A stretch of DNA of 64,000 nucleotides from a virus (taxonomy: Duplodnaviria; Caudoviricetes): the IMG/VR virus record IMGVR_UViG_2588253758_000004. The stretch is one strand, 5' to 3'. Position numbers and translations under genes: made by a program. Numbering within the stretch: position 1 is the first letter of the stretch; each line of letters starts with the position of its first letter. Positions 8,631 to 18,626 of this stretch are shown here, one piece after another. The notes beneath the pieces are model-generated. The model was given only the letters and a program-made list of their open reading frames with translations, was not told where the DNA came from and ran no database searches.

Positions 8631-10445
8631 TTATTGGTTTGATATATTGAGATTTACTTCACAATCGAATGTTGCTCTGTGTGTGATGTCGTCTGCTGTC
8701 ACCTCAACGCTTTTCCCTATGCGTGGAGGGTTGTTCCAATACTCATCAGCATAGGTGTCGCTACTTGTTCTGAACCATCGAAATTCGCTTTCGTGAATGA
8801 GGTGTGTGATGTTCTCGCCTGCTCGAAACACCGATGCCGATAAAATGGTAGAGATTAGCCCATTCTTGAATGTATTTCCCTGCGAGGAGTAAACGACCAC
8901 ATTAACTGCCGAGATATTCTCTCGCACCTGCTCATCGAGGTCTTCCCAGCGAATGGTTACGTCTTTAAGCTGAATGGTCTCCTTAGTCCACTTGAAGCGT
9001 CCACTTGCAAAATGCCCCGTGCCATCACGGTTGATAACAAAAGAGTCATCACACGAAGAAATTGATCCATCTTCGTTGAGTTTGAGCAGTGGATTTTGGA
9101 TCGTGCCGCCGATACCTCCTTTTGAGAACCAAGCTCCGTAGTCCTCCGTTTCGTTGAGTCGTCCGTCTGTGGGTTGGTATTGAGAGGTGTTCTCTCCGGC
9201 TTCGAGTTGCGGAGCCGTAACATATGGCTCACTTTGCTCGCTCACTAAGCGAATAATCATTGTACTCGCAGATGAGTGCTTAACTGTAAAGACGATTTTG
9301 TGTCGTCTCCATTCGTTTGCGGTTTCAGTTACCAGTGGGCCGATGCGATGTTCGTCCTGATAAAATGTGATTGCGCCAAGCCCAGAATGAACCCATATCG
9401 AAAAACAATACTTTCGCCCAACACGCTCTTCACGCCAAGCGGAGCTTTGAACAGTCAGTGCGGAGTTGGTTGATAGACGGCGTACTTTCCCAATACCAAC
9501 AGGAGAAATCATATCAACCACAGCAGAATTGGTAAAAGCACATTCAGCTGAGTTCAGAATAACGTTCTTATGAATCTTGCCTACATAAAAGGTCGAAGCA
9601 AAGCCGTTCTCATCACCAGCCGTCAATGTTCCGGCGATATTGACGTTGCGTGTAGCGTAGAGATTCTGAAAGTATGCTCCATAACCTTCGAGCATCCCAA
9701 ACACGGGGTCGATTATTCCTGTAATCTTACCCATACGTGCCTTAGTCGCTTTGGCAAAAGTGGCTATATCCGAAAGACGAATCACGTTCAGGTCGGTGAT
9801 TTCGCACCACTCATCACCCGACAGGTTCGGATTGATTTTCAAGGTTCGTGCATACTGACTTGGATAATCCATCACGATAGCCGAAAGTCGATAGCTCCAC
9901 TCGGTTGTAATGTCGAAACTATCCTCTCCGTCCGTCTCATCGGTGTAACCAATCGAGAGCTTTGCTCCGTTGATAGTTTTTGAAGCACGTACACGAAAAG
10001 AGACGATGAGCATTTCAGGGTTGCTCACCTTGCCGCTAATTGGAAAAGAAAATTGAGTAGTGGTTTTACGAGCTTCACGGATATACAGCAATGAATGTTC
10101 AAAACCAAGCCCGTCAATCACGTCCATATAGGGCGAATCACTGTCCGATGCAGTCATATATAGCGCACCGCCACGAGAGCGGTCCACGAGACTGGTGACA
10201 CGCACAAAATCGAGCAGCTCGCCACTCTTTGGCTCATCACCCTCAAAAAGTGCACCTATAAAGTAGTGAGACTCCTTGCCAGCGATAATATCCGTACCAG
10301 TTTCAGTCACCACCATCAGCGAATAGATCAAGTTCGGCGTATCGAAATACTGCCTCCGAACCACATCGCCAACACGCAAACCCTGAACCTTCTTGGATTC
10401 AGGGTCAATCGCTATCTTATATCGTGAGTATCTGTTTACTGCCAC
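8631..10445 (-). CDS. Tail protein (carbohydrate-binding/Ig-like modules)
   Basis: 604 aa, GTG start; YCFSIWV...PQLEAG module and C-terminal FKNG...ATFDCEV module. Confidence 0.6.
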   Translation of the reverse strand: MAVNRYSRYKIAIDPESKKVQGLRVGDVVRRQYFDTPNLIYSLMVVTETGTDIIAGKESHYFIGALFEGDEPKSGELLDFVRVTSLVDRSRGGALYMTASDSDSPYMDVIDGLGFEHSLLYIREARKTTTQFSFPISGKVSNPEMLIVSFRVRASKTINGAKLSIGYTDETDGEDSFDITTEWSYRLSAIVMDYPSQYARTLKINPNLSGDEWCEITDLNVIRLSDIATFAKATKARMGKITGIIDPVFGMLEGYGAYFQNLYATRNVNIAGTLTAGDENGFASTFYVGKIHKNVILNSAECAFTNSAVVDMISPVGIGKVRRLSTNSALTVQSSAWREERVGRKYCFSIWVHSGLGAITFYQDEHRIGPLVTETANEWRRHKIVFTVKHSSASTMIIRLVSEQSEPYVTAPQLEAGENTSQYQPTDGRLNETEDYGAWFSKGGIGGTIQNPLLKLNEDGSISSCDDSFVINRDGTGHFASGRFKWTKETIQLKDVTIRWEDLDEQVRENISAVNVVVYSSQGNTFKNGLISTILSASVFRAGENITHLIHESEFRWFRTSSDTYADEYWNNPPRIGKSVEVTADDITHRATFDCEVNLNISNQ

Positions 10446-10469
10446 TTCTTCAAGGTTGTTGTACCTTTA

Positions 10470-10498
10470 AGAATAGTGCTAAATGACTTCTTGGGTTT
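10470..10498 (-). promoter_or_regulatory. Putative late promoter
   Basis: AGAATAG(10470-10476)-18 nt-GTTT(10495-10498). Confidence 0.7.
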
Positions 10499-10661
10499 GA
10501 TGCTGCAATAAAAAAACGAGATAGACATTGATAAAAGAGAATGATTCAAGTATTACACACATTACACTATGAGGTTGATCCCTGAATTTATGTTTATTTT
10601 AAATTACTGTGTGCTATGCGAAATTTATTACTTAGCATATACAACTCATTAAATTATTCAA

Positions 10662-10669
10662 TATCTTTG
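10662..10669 (+). promoter_or_regulatory. Bacteroidota housekeeping -7 box (TATCTTTG) for the R-M operon
   Basis: Matches TAnnTTTG, 28 nt before ATG 10698. Confidence 0.6.
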
Positions 10670-10697
10670 CTGAAAATACCAATTCATAGGTTGGATT

Positions 10698-10907
10698 ATG
10701 AAGAAATTAAATAGACTAAAAGTCGTTCTCGTTGAAAAAGAAAAAACAGGGAAATGGCTATCTGAACAGTTAGGGAAAGATCCTTCAACTGTTTCAAAAT
10801 GGTGTTCCAATAAGATTCAGCCATCCGTAGAGATGTTAGATGAGATAGCCGTTTTGCTAAATGTAGATGTGCGAGAATTATTAAACAAGAGTAAATCTAA
10901 AGTATGA
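10698..10907 (+). CDS. Cro/XRE-family HTH regulator
   Basis: 69 aa, WLSEQLGKDPSTVSKWCSN..QPS HTH; ATGA overlap with hsdR. Confidence 0.85.
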   Translation: MKKLNRLKVVLVEKEKTGKWLSEQLGKDPSTVSKWCSNKIQPSVEMLDEIAVLLNVDVRELLNKSKSKV

Positions 10908-13669
10908 CAACACAATCAGAACAGGCTTTAGAGCAGGGGTTGATTAAGACTCTGGTCTCTATGAATTATCAAAAGATTGAAATAGCGGATGAAAATGCTA
11001 TGGTTGCCAATTTTCGCAGTCAGCTTAATAAGCATAATAATACAGAACTTACAGATGATGAGTTTAATCGCATAATGATTCATCTGGAGAACGGTTCGAT
11101 ATTCGCAAAAGCAGAGAAACTTCGTAATCGTTTTCCTCTGACTCGTGATGACGAGTCGGTAAAGTGGATCGAGTTTCTAAATACTCAGGAGTGGTGTAAG
11201 AACGAGTTTCAGGTTTCAAATCAGATTACTGATGAGGGTAGGCGCAAATGCAGATATGATGTTACTATTTTGGTGAATGGATTGCCACTGGTGCAAGTGG
11301 AGCTGAAAAAGCGAGGCATAGAGCTTAAGCAAGCATACAGTCAAGTTCAACGTTACCACAAAACAGCATTCAAAGGACTATTTAACTATATACAGATATT
11401 TGTCATTTCAAATGGCGTAAATACCCGTTATTTTGCCAATAACCCCAATCAAGGCTATAAATTCACGTTTCCTTGGGCTGACTTCAAAAACAACCACATA
11501 GACCGCTTAGACATCTTTGCTGCAATGTTTTTTGAACAATGCACGTTGGGGAAAATGCTTGCCAAATATGTAGTGCTGCATCAATCGGATAAGTGCTTAA
11601 TGATTCTAAGACCCTATCAATTCTATGCGGTTGAAGCCCTACTTGATAAGGTGGCTAATTCTGTGAAGAATGGCTACATTTGGCATACTACGGGTAGTGG
11701 CAAAACCCTGACTTCGTTTAAGGCAGCTCAGTTGATCGCAGAGATGAGCGATATTGACAAGGTGCTTTTCGTTGTTGATAGGCACGATTTAGATACCCAA
11801 ACTAAAAAAGAATACGATGCTTTTGCCCCGGGGGCTGTGGATAGCACTGACAACACAAAAGAGTTAGTCAAAGCATTGCAGGGTAAGAAGAAATTGATGA
11901 TAACAACGATTCAAAAGCTGAATCACGCAGTACAAAAAGACAGATATAGTAAAAGTTTACAGGGAGTAAAAGATAAGAATATCGTAATGATATTTGACGA
12001 GTGCCATAGAAGTCAATTCGGAGATATGCACTCGAATATAACAGGATTTTTTAGTAAGATTCGTTATTTTGGGTTTACAGGTACTCCAATTTTTGCCGAC
12101 AATGCTAACAATGGTCGCACCACAAAGGATATTTTTGGTGAAAGACTTCACGAGTATCTAATAAAAGATGCTATTGCAGATGAAAATGTACTTGGCTTCT
12201 TGGTGGAGTATCATGGCAAATGGAAACGAAAAAATGAAAACGACAAACAAGTAAAATCCATTGATACAGCGGAAGTTTTATTGAAGGATGAAAGGATAGC
12301 TTCGATAGCAGATTTTATACTCTCGAACTACAACTCCTCTACATACGAAAGGGATTTCAATGCTATGTTTGCGGTTGGTGGTGTGAAGATGCTTATCAAA
12401 TACTACGATATGTTCAAGAGTCGCAACCATGACCTAAAGATTGCTACGATTTTCACATATACTCAGAACGAGGAATCGGAAGATGAGTTTACTGGTTTAG
12501 GGCAAGGTTTTGCCTCCACTCAAAACACTAGAGATATTTTAGAGCGGTATATCAAAGATTATAACGAAACATTCGGCACAGACTTCGATACAGACCACTT
12601 TGGGCTCTACTATGACGACATCAATAAGCGAATGAAAAATCGCCAAATCGACCTTCTGATAGTATCTGATATGTTTCTTACGGGTTTTGATGCCAAGAAA
12701 CTCAATACGCTTTATGTAGACAAAAATCTCAACTATCACGGTCTTTTGCAAGCCTTCTCTCGAACCAATCGAGTGCTTAACGAAAAGAAAAAGTTTGGCA
12801 AAATCACTTGTTTTAGAGACCTTAAACAGCAGACAGATGATGCCATAAAGCTCTATTCCAACAACAAATCTTCGGAGGTGGTTTTGATGAAGCCCTACGA
12901 AAAACTTGTCGAGAGATTCAATGAGATGGCAGCAGAATTTTTATCTCACTTTCCTACTATCAAAAGCGTTGGTGGTTTAGACTCAGAGTTAGATAAACGT
13001 CGTTTTGTAATTCTCTTTAGGGCAATGCTTAGACTGAGAAATGAAGTCAAAGGCTATAATGAATTTGATGCAGAAGACCTTACAATAGAAGAGCAACGAT
13101 TTGCCGACTATCAAAGCAAATACCTTGATATGTCTAACGAGTTTGCCATAACCTCTGAAAAAGAAGATGCCGAAAGTATCCTACAAGATATAGACTTTGA
13201 GTTAGAGTTAGTACACAGAGACATTATCAATGTGATGTACATTCTCTCACTGCTTCAAGACCTTAAACCTGAATCGTCATCTTATCCTAAAGATCGAAAA
13301 GCAGTTCTTGATACGATGGATTCAGACCCTGATCTGCGTTCCAAAATTGTCTTGATTGACAACTTTATTCGCCTGCACATTGACGGGCGGCAGAGTGATG
13401 ATTTGCCAGCGGATATGGAGGGCGATTTGGATAAATACATCGCTACCCAAAAGGCTATTGCCATTGAGCAAGTTGCTGTCGATGAAGGCATTGATAGCTC
13501 TTTGCTACACGAATATGTATCAGAGTATGAGTATTTAGGGAAACCCAAAAACGAGATAATTAAGCGAGCAATTGACCCATTGAAATTATCATTTATGGAT
13601 GCTCAAACGAAAAAGAAGAGCCTAATCGACAAGATGAAAGATATTATTAAACTATTTAGCTGGAACTAA
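10904..13669 (+). CDS. hsdR: Type I restriction endonuclease subunit R
   Basis: YDVTILVNGLPLVQVELK nuclease motif, HTTGSGKT, DECHR, FTGTP, MFLTGFD, QAFSRTNR. Confidence 0.97.
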   Translation: MTTQSEQALEQGLIKTLVSMNYQKIEIADENAMVANFRSQLNKHNNTELTDDEFNRIMIHLENGSIFAKAEKLRNRFPLTRDDESVKWIEFLNTQEWCKNEFQVSNQITDEGRRKCRYDVTILVNGLPLVQVELKKRGIELKQAYSQVQRYHKTAFKGLFNYIQIFVISNGVNTRYFANNPNQGYKFTFPWADFKNNHIDRLDIFAAMFFEQCTLGKMLAKYVVLHQSDKCLMILRPYQFYAVEALLDKVANSVKNGYIWHTTGSGKTLTSFKAAQLIAEMSDIDKVLFVVDRHDLDTQTKKEYDAFAPGAVDSTDNTKELVKALQGKKKLMITTIQKLNHAVQKDRYSKSLQGVKDKNIVMIFDECHRSQFGDMHSNITGFFSKIRYFGFTGTPIFADNANNGRTTKDIFGERLHEYLIKDAIADENVLGFLVEYHGKWKRKNENDKQVKSIDTAEVLLKDERIASIADFILSNYNSSTYERDFNAMFAVGGVKMLIKYYDMFKSRNHDLKIATIFTYTQNEESEDEFTGLGQGFASTQNTRDILERYIKDYNETFGTDFDTDHFGLYYDDINKRMKNRQIDLLIVSDMFLTGFDAKKLNTLYVDKNLNYHGLLQAFSRTNRVLNEKKKFGKITCFRDLKQQTDDAIKLYSNNKSSEVVLMKPYEKLVERFNEMAAEFLSHFPTIKSVGGLDSELDKRRFVILFRAMLRLRNEVKGYNEFDAEDLTIEEQRFADYQSKYLDMSNEFAITSEKEDAESILQDIDFELELVHRDIINVMYILSLLQDLKPESSSYPKDRKAVLDTMDSDPDLRSKIVLIDNFIRLHIDGRQSDDLPADMEGDLDKYIATQKAIAIEQVAVDEGIDSSLLHEYVSEYEYLGKPKNEIIKRAIDPLKLSFMDAQTKKKSLIDKMKDIIKLFSWN

Positions 13670-13677
13670 TTGAACCT

Positions 13678-15219
13678 ATGAGCGAAGAACAACAACGGAT
13701 ATTGAAAGCACAGCTATGGAAGATGGCGTGCGAAATGCGTGGTAATATGAATGCCAGCGACTTTATGAATTTTGGGCTTGGATTGATATTCTATAAATAT
13801 CTTTCTGAACGGATCGAAATGTTTATCAACGACCAACTTCAAAATGACAACACCGATTTCAGAACAGTTTGGGCTGAGGGTAACGAGGATATAAAACAAG
13901 AGTTGCGCAACGTAGCTATTGAAGATATTGGTTACTTCTTGGAACCTGAGTATCTCTTTTCAACACTCTCGGCAGATGCAAAGGACGGAAAATTCATCCT
14001 TGAGGCATTGGGGCAATCGTTCAAACATATTGAGGATAGCACCCTAAGTGCTGACTCTGAGGATGATTTTCAAAATCTGTTTGACGACGTAGATTTAACT
14101 TCGGCTAAACTGGGTAAAACTGCTGATGATAAGAATAAATTAATTAGCAGTTTGTTATTGGCTCTTGACGAGGTCGATTTTTGCCTGAAAGACACAGAGA
14201 TTGATATCCTGGGTGATGCCTATGAGTATATGATCGGAGAGTTTGCGGCAGGGGCAGGGCAAAAAGCAGGTGAATTCTACACCCCACAGCAGGTATCGAA
14301 AGTATTGGCTCAAATAGTAACCGTTGGCAGAGAACGTGTTCGCAATGTGTATGACCCTACTTGTGGCTCTGGTTCGTTGCTTTTGAGTGTTGCAAAGGAG
14401 GGTTTCGCCGAATTTATATACGGACAAGAGAAAAACCCGACAACATACAACCTTGCCCGAATGAATATGCTGCTTCACAACAGGCGTTACGATAAATTTG
14501 AAATACGAAGTGGCGACACCTTGGAGGATGACCAATTTGAAAACGAAGTTTTTGATGCAATCGTAGCAAATCCACCGTTCTCGGCACAATGGAGTGCTGA
14601 TAGCAAATTCAATACTGATGACCGTTTTAGCCGTGCCGGAGCGTTGGCTCCTAAAAGCAAAGCTGATTATGCCTTTATTCTGCATATGATTCACCACTTG
14701 CACGATGGAGGTACAATGGCTTGTGTTGCTCCACACGGAGTTTTGTTTCGTGGTGCTTCAGAGGGAAAAATCCGTAGATATTTGATTGAAACAAAGAACT
14801 ACATAGATGCTATTATCGGACTTCCCGCCAACTTGTTCTACGGTACATCTATACCGACTTGTATTTTAGTGCTGAAAAAGTGCCGCAAGGAGGGAGACGA
14901 TGTTTTGTTTATTGATGCTTCGAAAGGATTTGAAAAGGTCAAGACCCAAAACAAGCTTTTACCTGAACACATTGAGAAGATTGTTAATACCTATAAAAGT
15001 CGTGCTGAAATCGAGAAATATTCTCACAAAGCAACCATTGAGGAGATTGCCGAAAATGATTTCAATCTGAATATTCCTCGCTATGTAGATACATTTGAGG
15101 AGGAAGAAGAGATTGATATTAAGGCTGTGATGGCTGAAATCAAGACACTTGAAGCCAAACGCAGCGAATTAGATAAGCAGATAGATGTTTATTTGAAGGA
15201 GTTAGGCTTAGTCTTTTAA
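13678..15219 (+). CDS. hsdM: Type I R-M methyltransferase subunit M
   Basis: GEFYTP, YDPTCGSGSLL, ANPPF, FNLNIPRY. Confidence 0.97.
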   Translation: MSEEQQRILKAQLWKMACEMRGNMNASDFMNFGLGLIFYKYLSERIEMFINDQLQNDNTDFRTVWAEGNEDIKQELRNVAIEDIGYFLEPEYLFSTLSADAKDGKFILEALGQSFKHIEDSTLSADSEDDFQNLFDDVDLTSAKLGKTADDKNKLISSLLLALDEVDFCLKDTEIDILGDAYEYMIGEFAAGAGQKAGEFYTPQQVSKVLAQIVTVGRERVRNVYDPTCGSGSLLLSVAKEGFAEFIYGQEKNPTTYNLARMNMLLHNRRYDKFEIRSGDTLEDDQFENEVFDAIVANPPFSAQWSADSKFNTDDRFSRAGALAPKSKADYAFILHMIHHLHDGGTMACVAPHGVLFRGASEGKIRRYLIETKNYIDAIIGLPANLFYGTSIPTCILVLKKCRKEGDDVLFIDASKGFEKVKTQNKLLPEHIEKIVNTYKSRAEIEKYSHKATIEEIAENDFNLNIPRYVDTFEEEEEIDIKAVMAEIKTLEAKRSELDKQIDVYLKELGLVF

Positions 15220-15263
15220 TACAAATCCTCAATGCTATTACAGAACGAAATACAACAACCGAG

Positions 15264-16463
15264 ATGAAGAATAATAAAAATAATAATTGCAATTTTCCAA
15301 CTTTGCGATTCCCTGAGTTTGCTGGGGAGTGGGAGGAGGTGAGGTTGAAGGATATTTGTACTATCTCCAAAGGGGCTGGTATCTCAAAAGACCAATTATC
15401 AATAGACGGAACGCCTTGCATTCTATATGGAGAGTTATACACCAAATATAAATCCGAGGTTGTCCGAGATGTCTTTAGTCGCACAAACATTTGTGATTCA
15501 AACCTTGTAAGGAGCAAGGCGAATGACGTAATTATCCCTTCTTCGGGAGAAAGTGCAGTTGATATTGCCACAGCACGCTGTATTCCTTATGATGGAGTAT
15601 TACTTGGTGGCGACTTAAATATAATTAGACTGTCTGAGCAAAATGGCATTTTTTTTAGCTATCAATTGAATGGAGCGAGGAAGCGAGAAATAGCTAAAGT
15701 AGCACAGGGGGTATCAGTGGTACACCTATATGGCGAAAATCTCAAGAACCTTACGGTCTTCTATCCACTAAAAGCGGAACAGGATAAGATAGCTCGATTT
15801 TTATCCTTAATCGACGAGCGTATCGCAACCCAAAACAAAATAATTGCCCATTTAGAATCTCTAATTAAAGGGCTTTATTCAACCACAAACAAAATTGGAT
15901 GGAAGAGTTACTTATTAAGCGAATTGATGATTGAGCGTAAAGAGTTTAATACAAAGCAATTTCCTATATATTCCGTTTCTGTTGACGTTGGACTTGTTGA
16001 CCAAATTGAACACCTTGGAAGGTCTTTCGCTGCTAAAGACACAAGACACTACAATGTGGTAAGACCTGGTGATGTGGTGTATACTAAAAGTCCTACAGGT
16101 AGTTTTCCTTTTGGTATAGTGAAGCAAAGTTTAGTTAATCCAGCCGTAGCTGTATCACCACTTTATGGAGTCTATCAACCTAAGAGCATCCATATAGGGA
16201 GAATAATCCAACACTATTTTGCATCTCCTATTAGAACAAACAATTATTTGCATTCCCTCATACAAAAAGGTGCTAAAAATACTATCAATATTTCCACTCA
16301 ACATTTTTTAGATAAAGCCATTCTTTTACCAAGTAGCGAAAAAGAAATAATCTCTATATCTGAACTTTTAGCGTCATACAATGATAAATGTGACCTCGAA
16401 AAGGCACTCAGAGAACATCTATTGTCTCAAAAAATGTTCTTACTACAAAAGATGTTCATATAA
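15264..16463 (+). CDS. hsdS: Type I R-M specificity subunit S (expressed copy)
   Basis: PTLRFPEF..EW start, two TRDs, central EQDKIARFLSLIDERI, C-terminal LLQKMFI. Confidence 0.93.
   Translation: MKNNKNNNCNFPTLRFPEFAGEWEEVRLKDICTISKGAGISKDQLSIDGTPCILYGELYTKYKSEVVRDVFSRTNICDSNLVRSKANDVIIPSSGESAVDIATARCIPYDGVLLGGDLNIIRLSEQNGIFFSYQLNGARKREIAKVAQGVSVVHLYGENLKNLTVFYPLKAEQDKIARFLSLIDERIATQNKIIAHLESLIKGLYSTTNKIGWKSYLLSELMIERKEFNTKQFPIYSVSVDVGLVDQIEHLGRSFAAKDTRHYNVVRPGDVVYTKSPTGSFPFGIVKQSLVNPAVAVSPLYGVYQPKSIHIGRIIQHYFASPIRTNNYLHSLIQKGAKNTINISTQHFLDKAILLPSSEKEIISISELLASYNDKCDLEKALREHLLSQKMFLLQKMFI
15290..15874 (+). repeat. Left arm of 585-bp inverted repeat (hsdS N-terminus, TRD1 and central conserved region)
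   Basis: Reverse complement of 17042-17626; translations identical up to HLESLIKGL. Confidence 0.92.
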
Positions 16464-17626
16464 ATAACCTTTGCAGGAGTGTTTGTTTTTGCAGATTGTA
16501 TGCACTTAAAACTTTTGTCTCAATGGTGATTTTCTCATCTACACTCTTAAGTAGATTGGCAATTTGCTTTTGCGTGTTAATAGTTGGGATGAAGATTTTC
16601 AATCGTTTTACTTCATTTGCTGAGATTTCTGAAAAAGTTGAACCACTTGCTTTCTTTATTAATTCGGATTTTTTTGTTCGCATGAAATAAAAGAGAAATT
16701 CATAATCAACGTGAGTTGCGACAAGAGATTGAAAGCCCTGATTAGTAGTGCAAGTAGACTGACAAATAGAACATTCTCCAATGGTAGCTCTTGTCGAAAG
16801 TAAGAGGCTATTAGGCGGCAATAATTTTGCACTTGAATTTTTTAGTCCTTTTTCGGTGATAGTCCGATTGCTGCTATTAACGTATTTTGCTCTTCCTATT
16901 TCAGAAGGTGTGAACCAATTTATATCACCACCCCAAAAGGAAGGAATGCTTGTATCAGGAGTTCCTCCACTAACAACAGAAGCAACTTCTGAGATAGTAG
17001 ACTCTTCCCATCCTGCATTATTTTCAAAGATAATTTGACTTAGCCCTTTAATTAGAGATTCTAAATGGGCAATTATTTTGTTTTGGGTTGCGATACGCTC
17101 GTCGATTAAGGATAAAAATCGAGCTATCTTATCCTGTTCCGCTTTTAGTGGATAGAAGACCGTAAGGTTCTTGAGATTTTCGCCATATAGGTGTACCACT
17201 GATACCCCCTGTGCTACTTTAGCTATTTCTCGCTTCCTCGCTCCATTCAATTGATAGCTAAAAAAAATGCCATTTTGCTCAGACAGTCTAATTATATTTA
17301 AGTCGCCACCAAGTAATACTCCATCATAAGGAATACAGCGTGCTGTGGCAATATCAACTGCACTTTCTCCCGAAGAAGGGATAATTACGTCATTCGCCTT
17401 GCTCCTTACAAGGTTTGAATCACAAATGTTTGTGCGACTAAAGACATCTCGGACAACCTCGGATTTATATTTGGTGTATAACTCTCCATATAGAATGCAA
17501 GGCGTTCCGTCTATTGATAATTGGTCTTTTGAGATACCAGCCCCTTTGGAGATAGTACAAATATCCTTCAACCTCACCTCCTCCCACTCCCCAGCAAACT
17601 CAGGGAATCGCAAAGTTGGAAAATTG
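16456..17626 (-). CDS. hsdS: Silent inverted hsdS cassette (same TRD1, alternative TRD2)
   Basis: No ATG at the 5' end (frame opens at TTG); different TRD2 (SGGTPDT...GSTF); tail-to-tail overlap with the expressed copy. Confidence 0.85.
17042..17626 (-). repeat. Right arm of 585-bp inverted repeat
   Basis: Reverse complement of 15290-15874. Confidence 0.92.
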
Positions 17627-17697
17627 ACAATCTAAAATCTCTAATCTTAATTCGTTTTTTATATATTATATGTCGAACAATATAAAATCAAAAAAAT

Positions 17698-18621
17698 ATG
17701 ACACAATTACCAATTCAAGAGATTACATGCTTATGGCGTGCAGACAAAAAACAGTATGTGAAAACATCTACAATTTCTGCGTACACACTGCTAATTGAGA
17801 ATCATATCCTACCAGCCTTTGGAGAGGCTGATAGAATCAATGAGTCAGATGTGCAAGGGTTTGTTTTCGAGAAACTAAATTCAGGATTGAGCCACAAATC
17901 AATCAAAGATATACTCATCGTTCTGAAGATGATATTAAAATTTGGAGTTAAAAATGGATATCTCGAACACACTCAAATAGATATAAAGTTTCCTACTCAA
18001 CGAGACAAACACGAAATAGAAGTTTTAAGTAGGAGTAATCACAGAAAGGTCATATCTCATATTGAGGAGAACTTTACATTTCGGAATCTTGGTATTTATA
18101 TTTGTCTTTGTGCCGGAATGAGAATTGGCGAGATATGTGCATTAAAATGGGAGGATATTGATACCGAGAATGGTATCATAAGCGTCAAAAAGACCATTCA
18201 ACGTGTATATATGATTGAAGGAGAGGAACGATATACAGAACTGATTTTAGACTCGCCAAAGACCAAAAACTCTATTAGAGACATCCCTATGACAAGAGAT
18301 TTATTGAAATTATTAAAGCCACTAAAACGTATTATGAATCACAATTACTTTGTCCTTACCAATGAATCCAAACCGACCGAACCACGTACATATAGGAATT
18401 ATTACAAACAATTTATGCAAGATATTGGAGTGCCAATATTGAAATTTCATGGACTTAGACACAGCTTCGCAACTCGTTGTATAGAGAGCAAGTGCGACTA
18501 TAAGACTGTTAGCGTCATATTAGGGCACTCAAACATTAGTACGACACTAAATCTTTATGTTCACCCCAATATGGAACAAAAAAAGAAATGTATAGACCAA
18601 ATGGTAAAAGCATTAAAGTAG
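17698..18621 (+). CDS. Tyrosine recombinase (probable hsdS invertase)
   Basis: GMRIGEICALKWEDI, HGLRHSFAT, LGHSNISTTLNLYVH; adjacent to the inverted hsdS. Confidence 0.9.
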   Translation: MTQLPIQEITCLWRADKKQYVKTSTISAYTLLIENHILPAFGEADRINESDVQGFVFEKLNSGLSHKSIKDILIVLKMILKFGVKNGYLEHTQIDIKFPTQRDKHEIEVLSRSNHRKVISHIEENFTFRNLGIYICLCAGMRIGEICALKWEDIDTENGIISVKKTIQRVYMIEGEERYTELILDSPKTKNSIRDIPMTRDLLKLLKPLKRIMNHNYFVLTNESKPTEPRTYRNYYKQFMQDIGVPILKFHGLRHSFATRCIESKCDYKTVSVILGHSNISTTLNLYVHPNMEQKKKCIDQMVKALK

Positions 18622-18626
18622 ATTTG

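Noticed and set aside
8852-8880. AGATTAG/AGAATAG half-sites at 1434, 8852, 37524 and 63994
   Set aside because: No GTTT at 18 nt and not positioned before a start; 63994 is the end of the last ORF and cannot be tested at the window edge
15140-15571. Duplicate ORFs MAISTALSPEEG... at 15140 (-) and 17345 (+)
   Set aside because: Antisense readings of the hsdS inverted repeat, not separate genes
17698-18621. Prophage integrase marking an att boundary
   Set aside because: Tail genes continue on both sides; its context next to the inverted hsdS indicates an invertase
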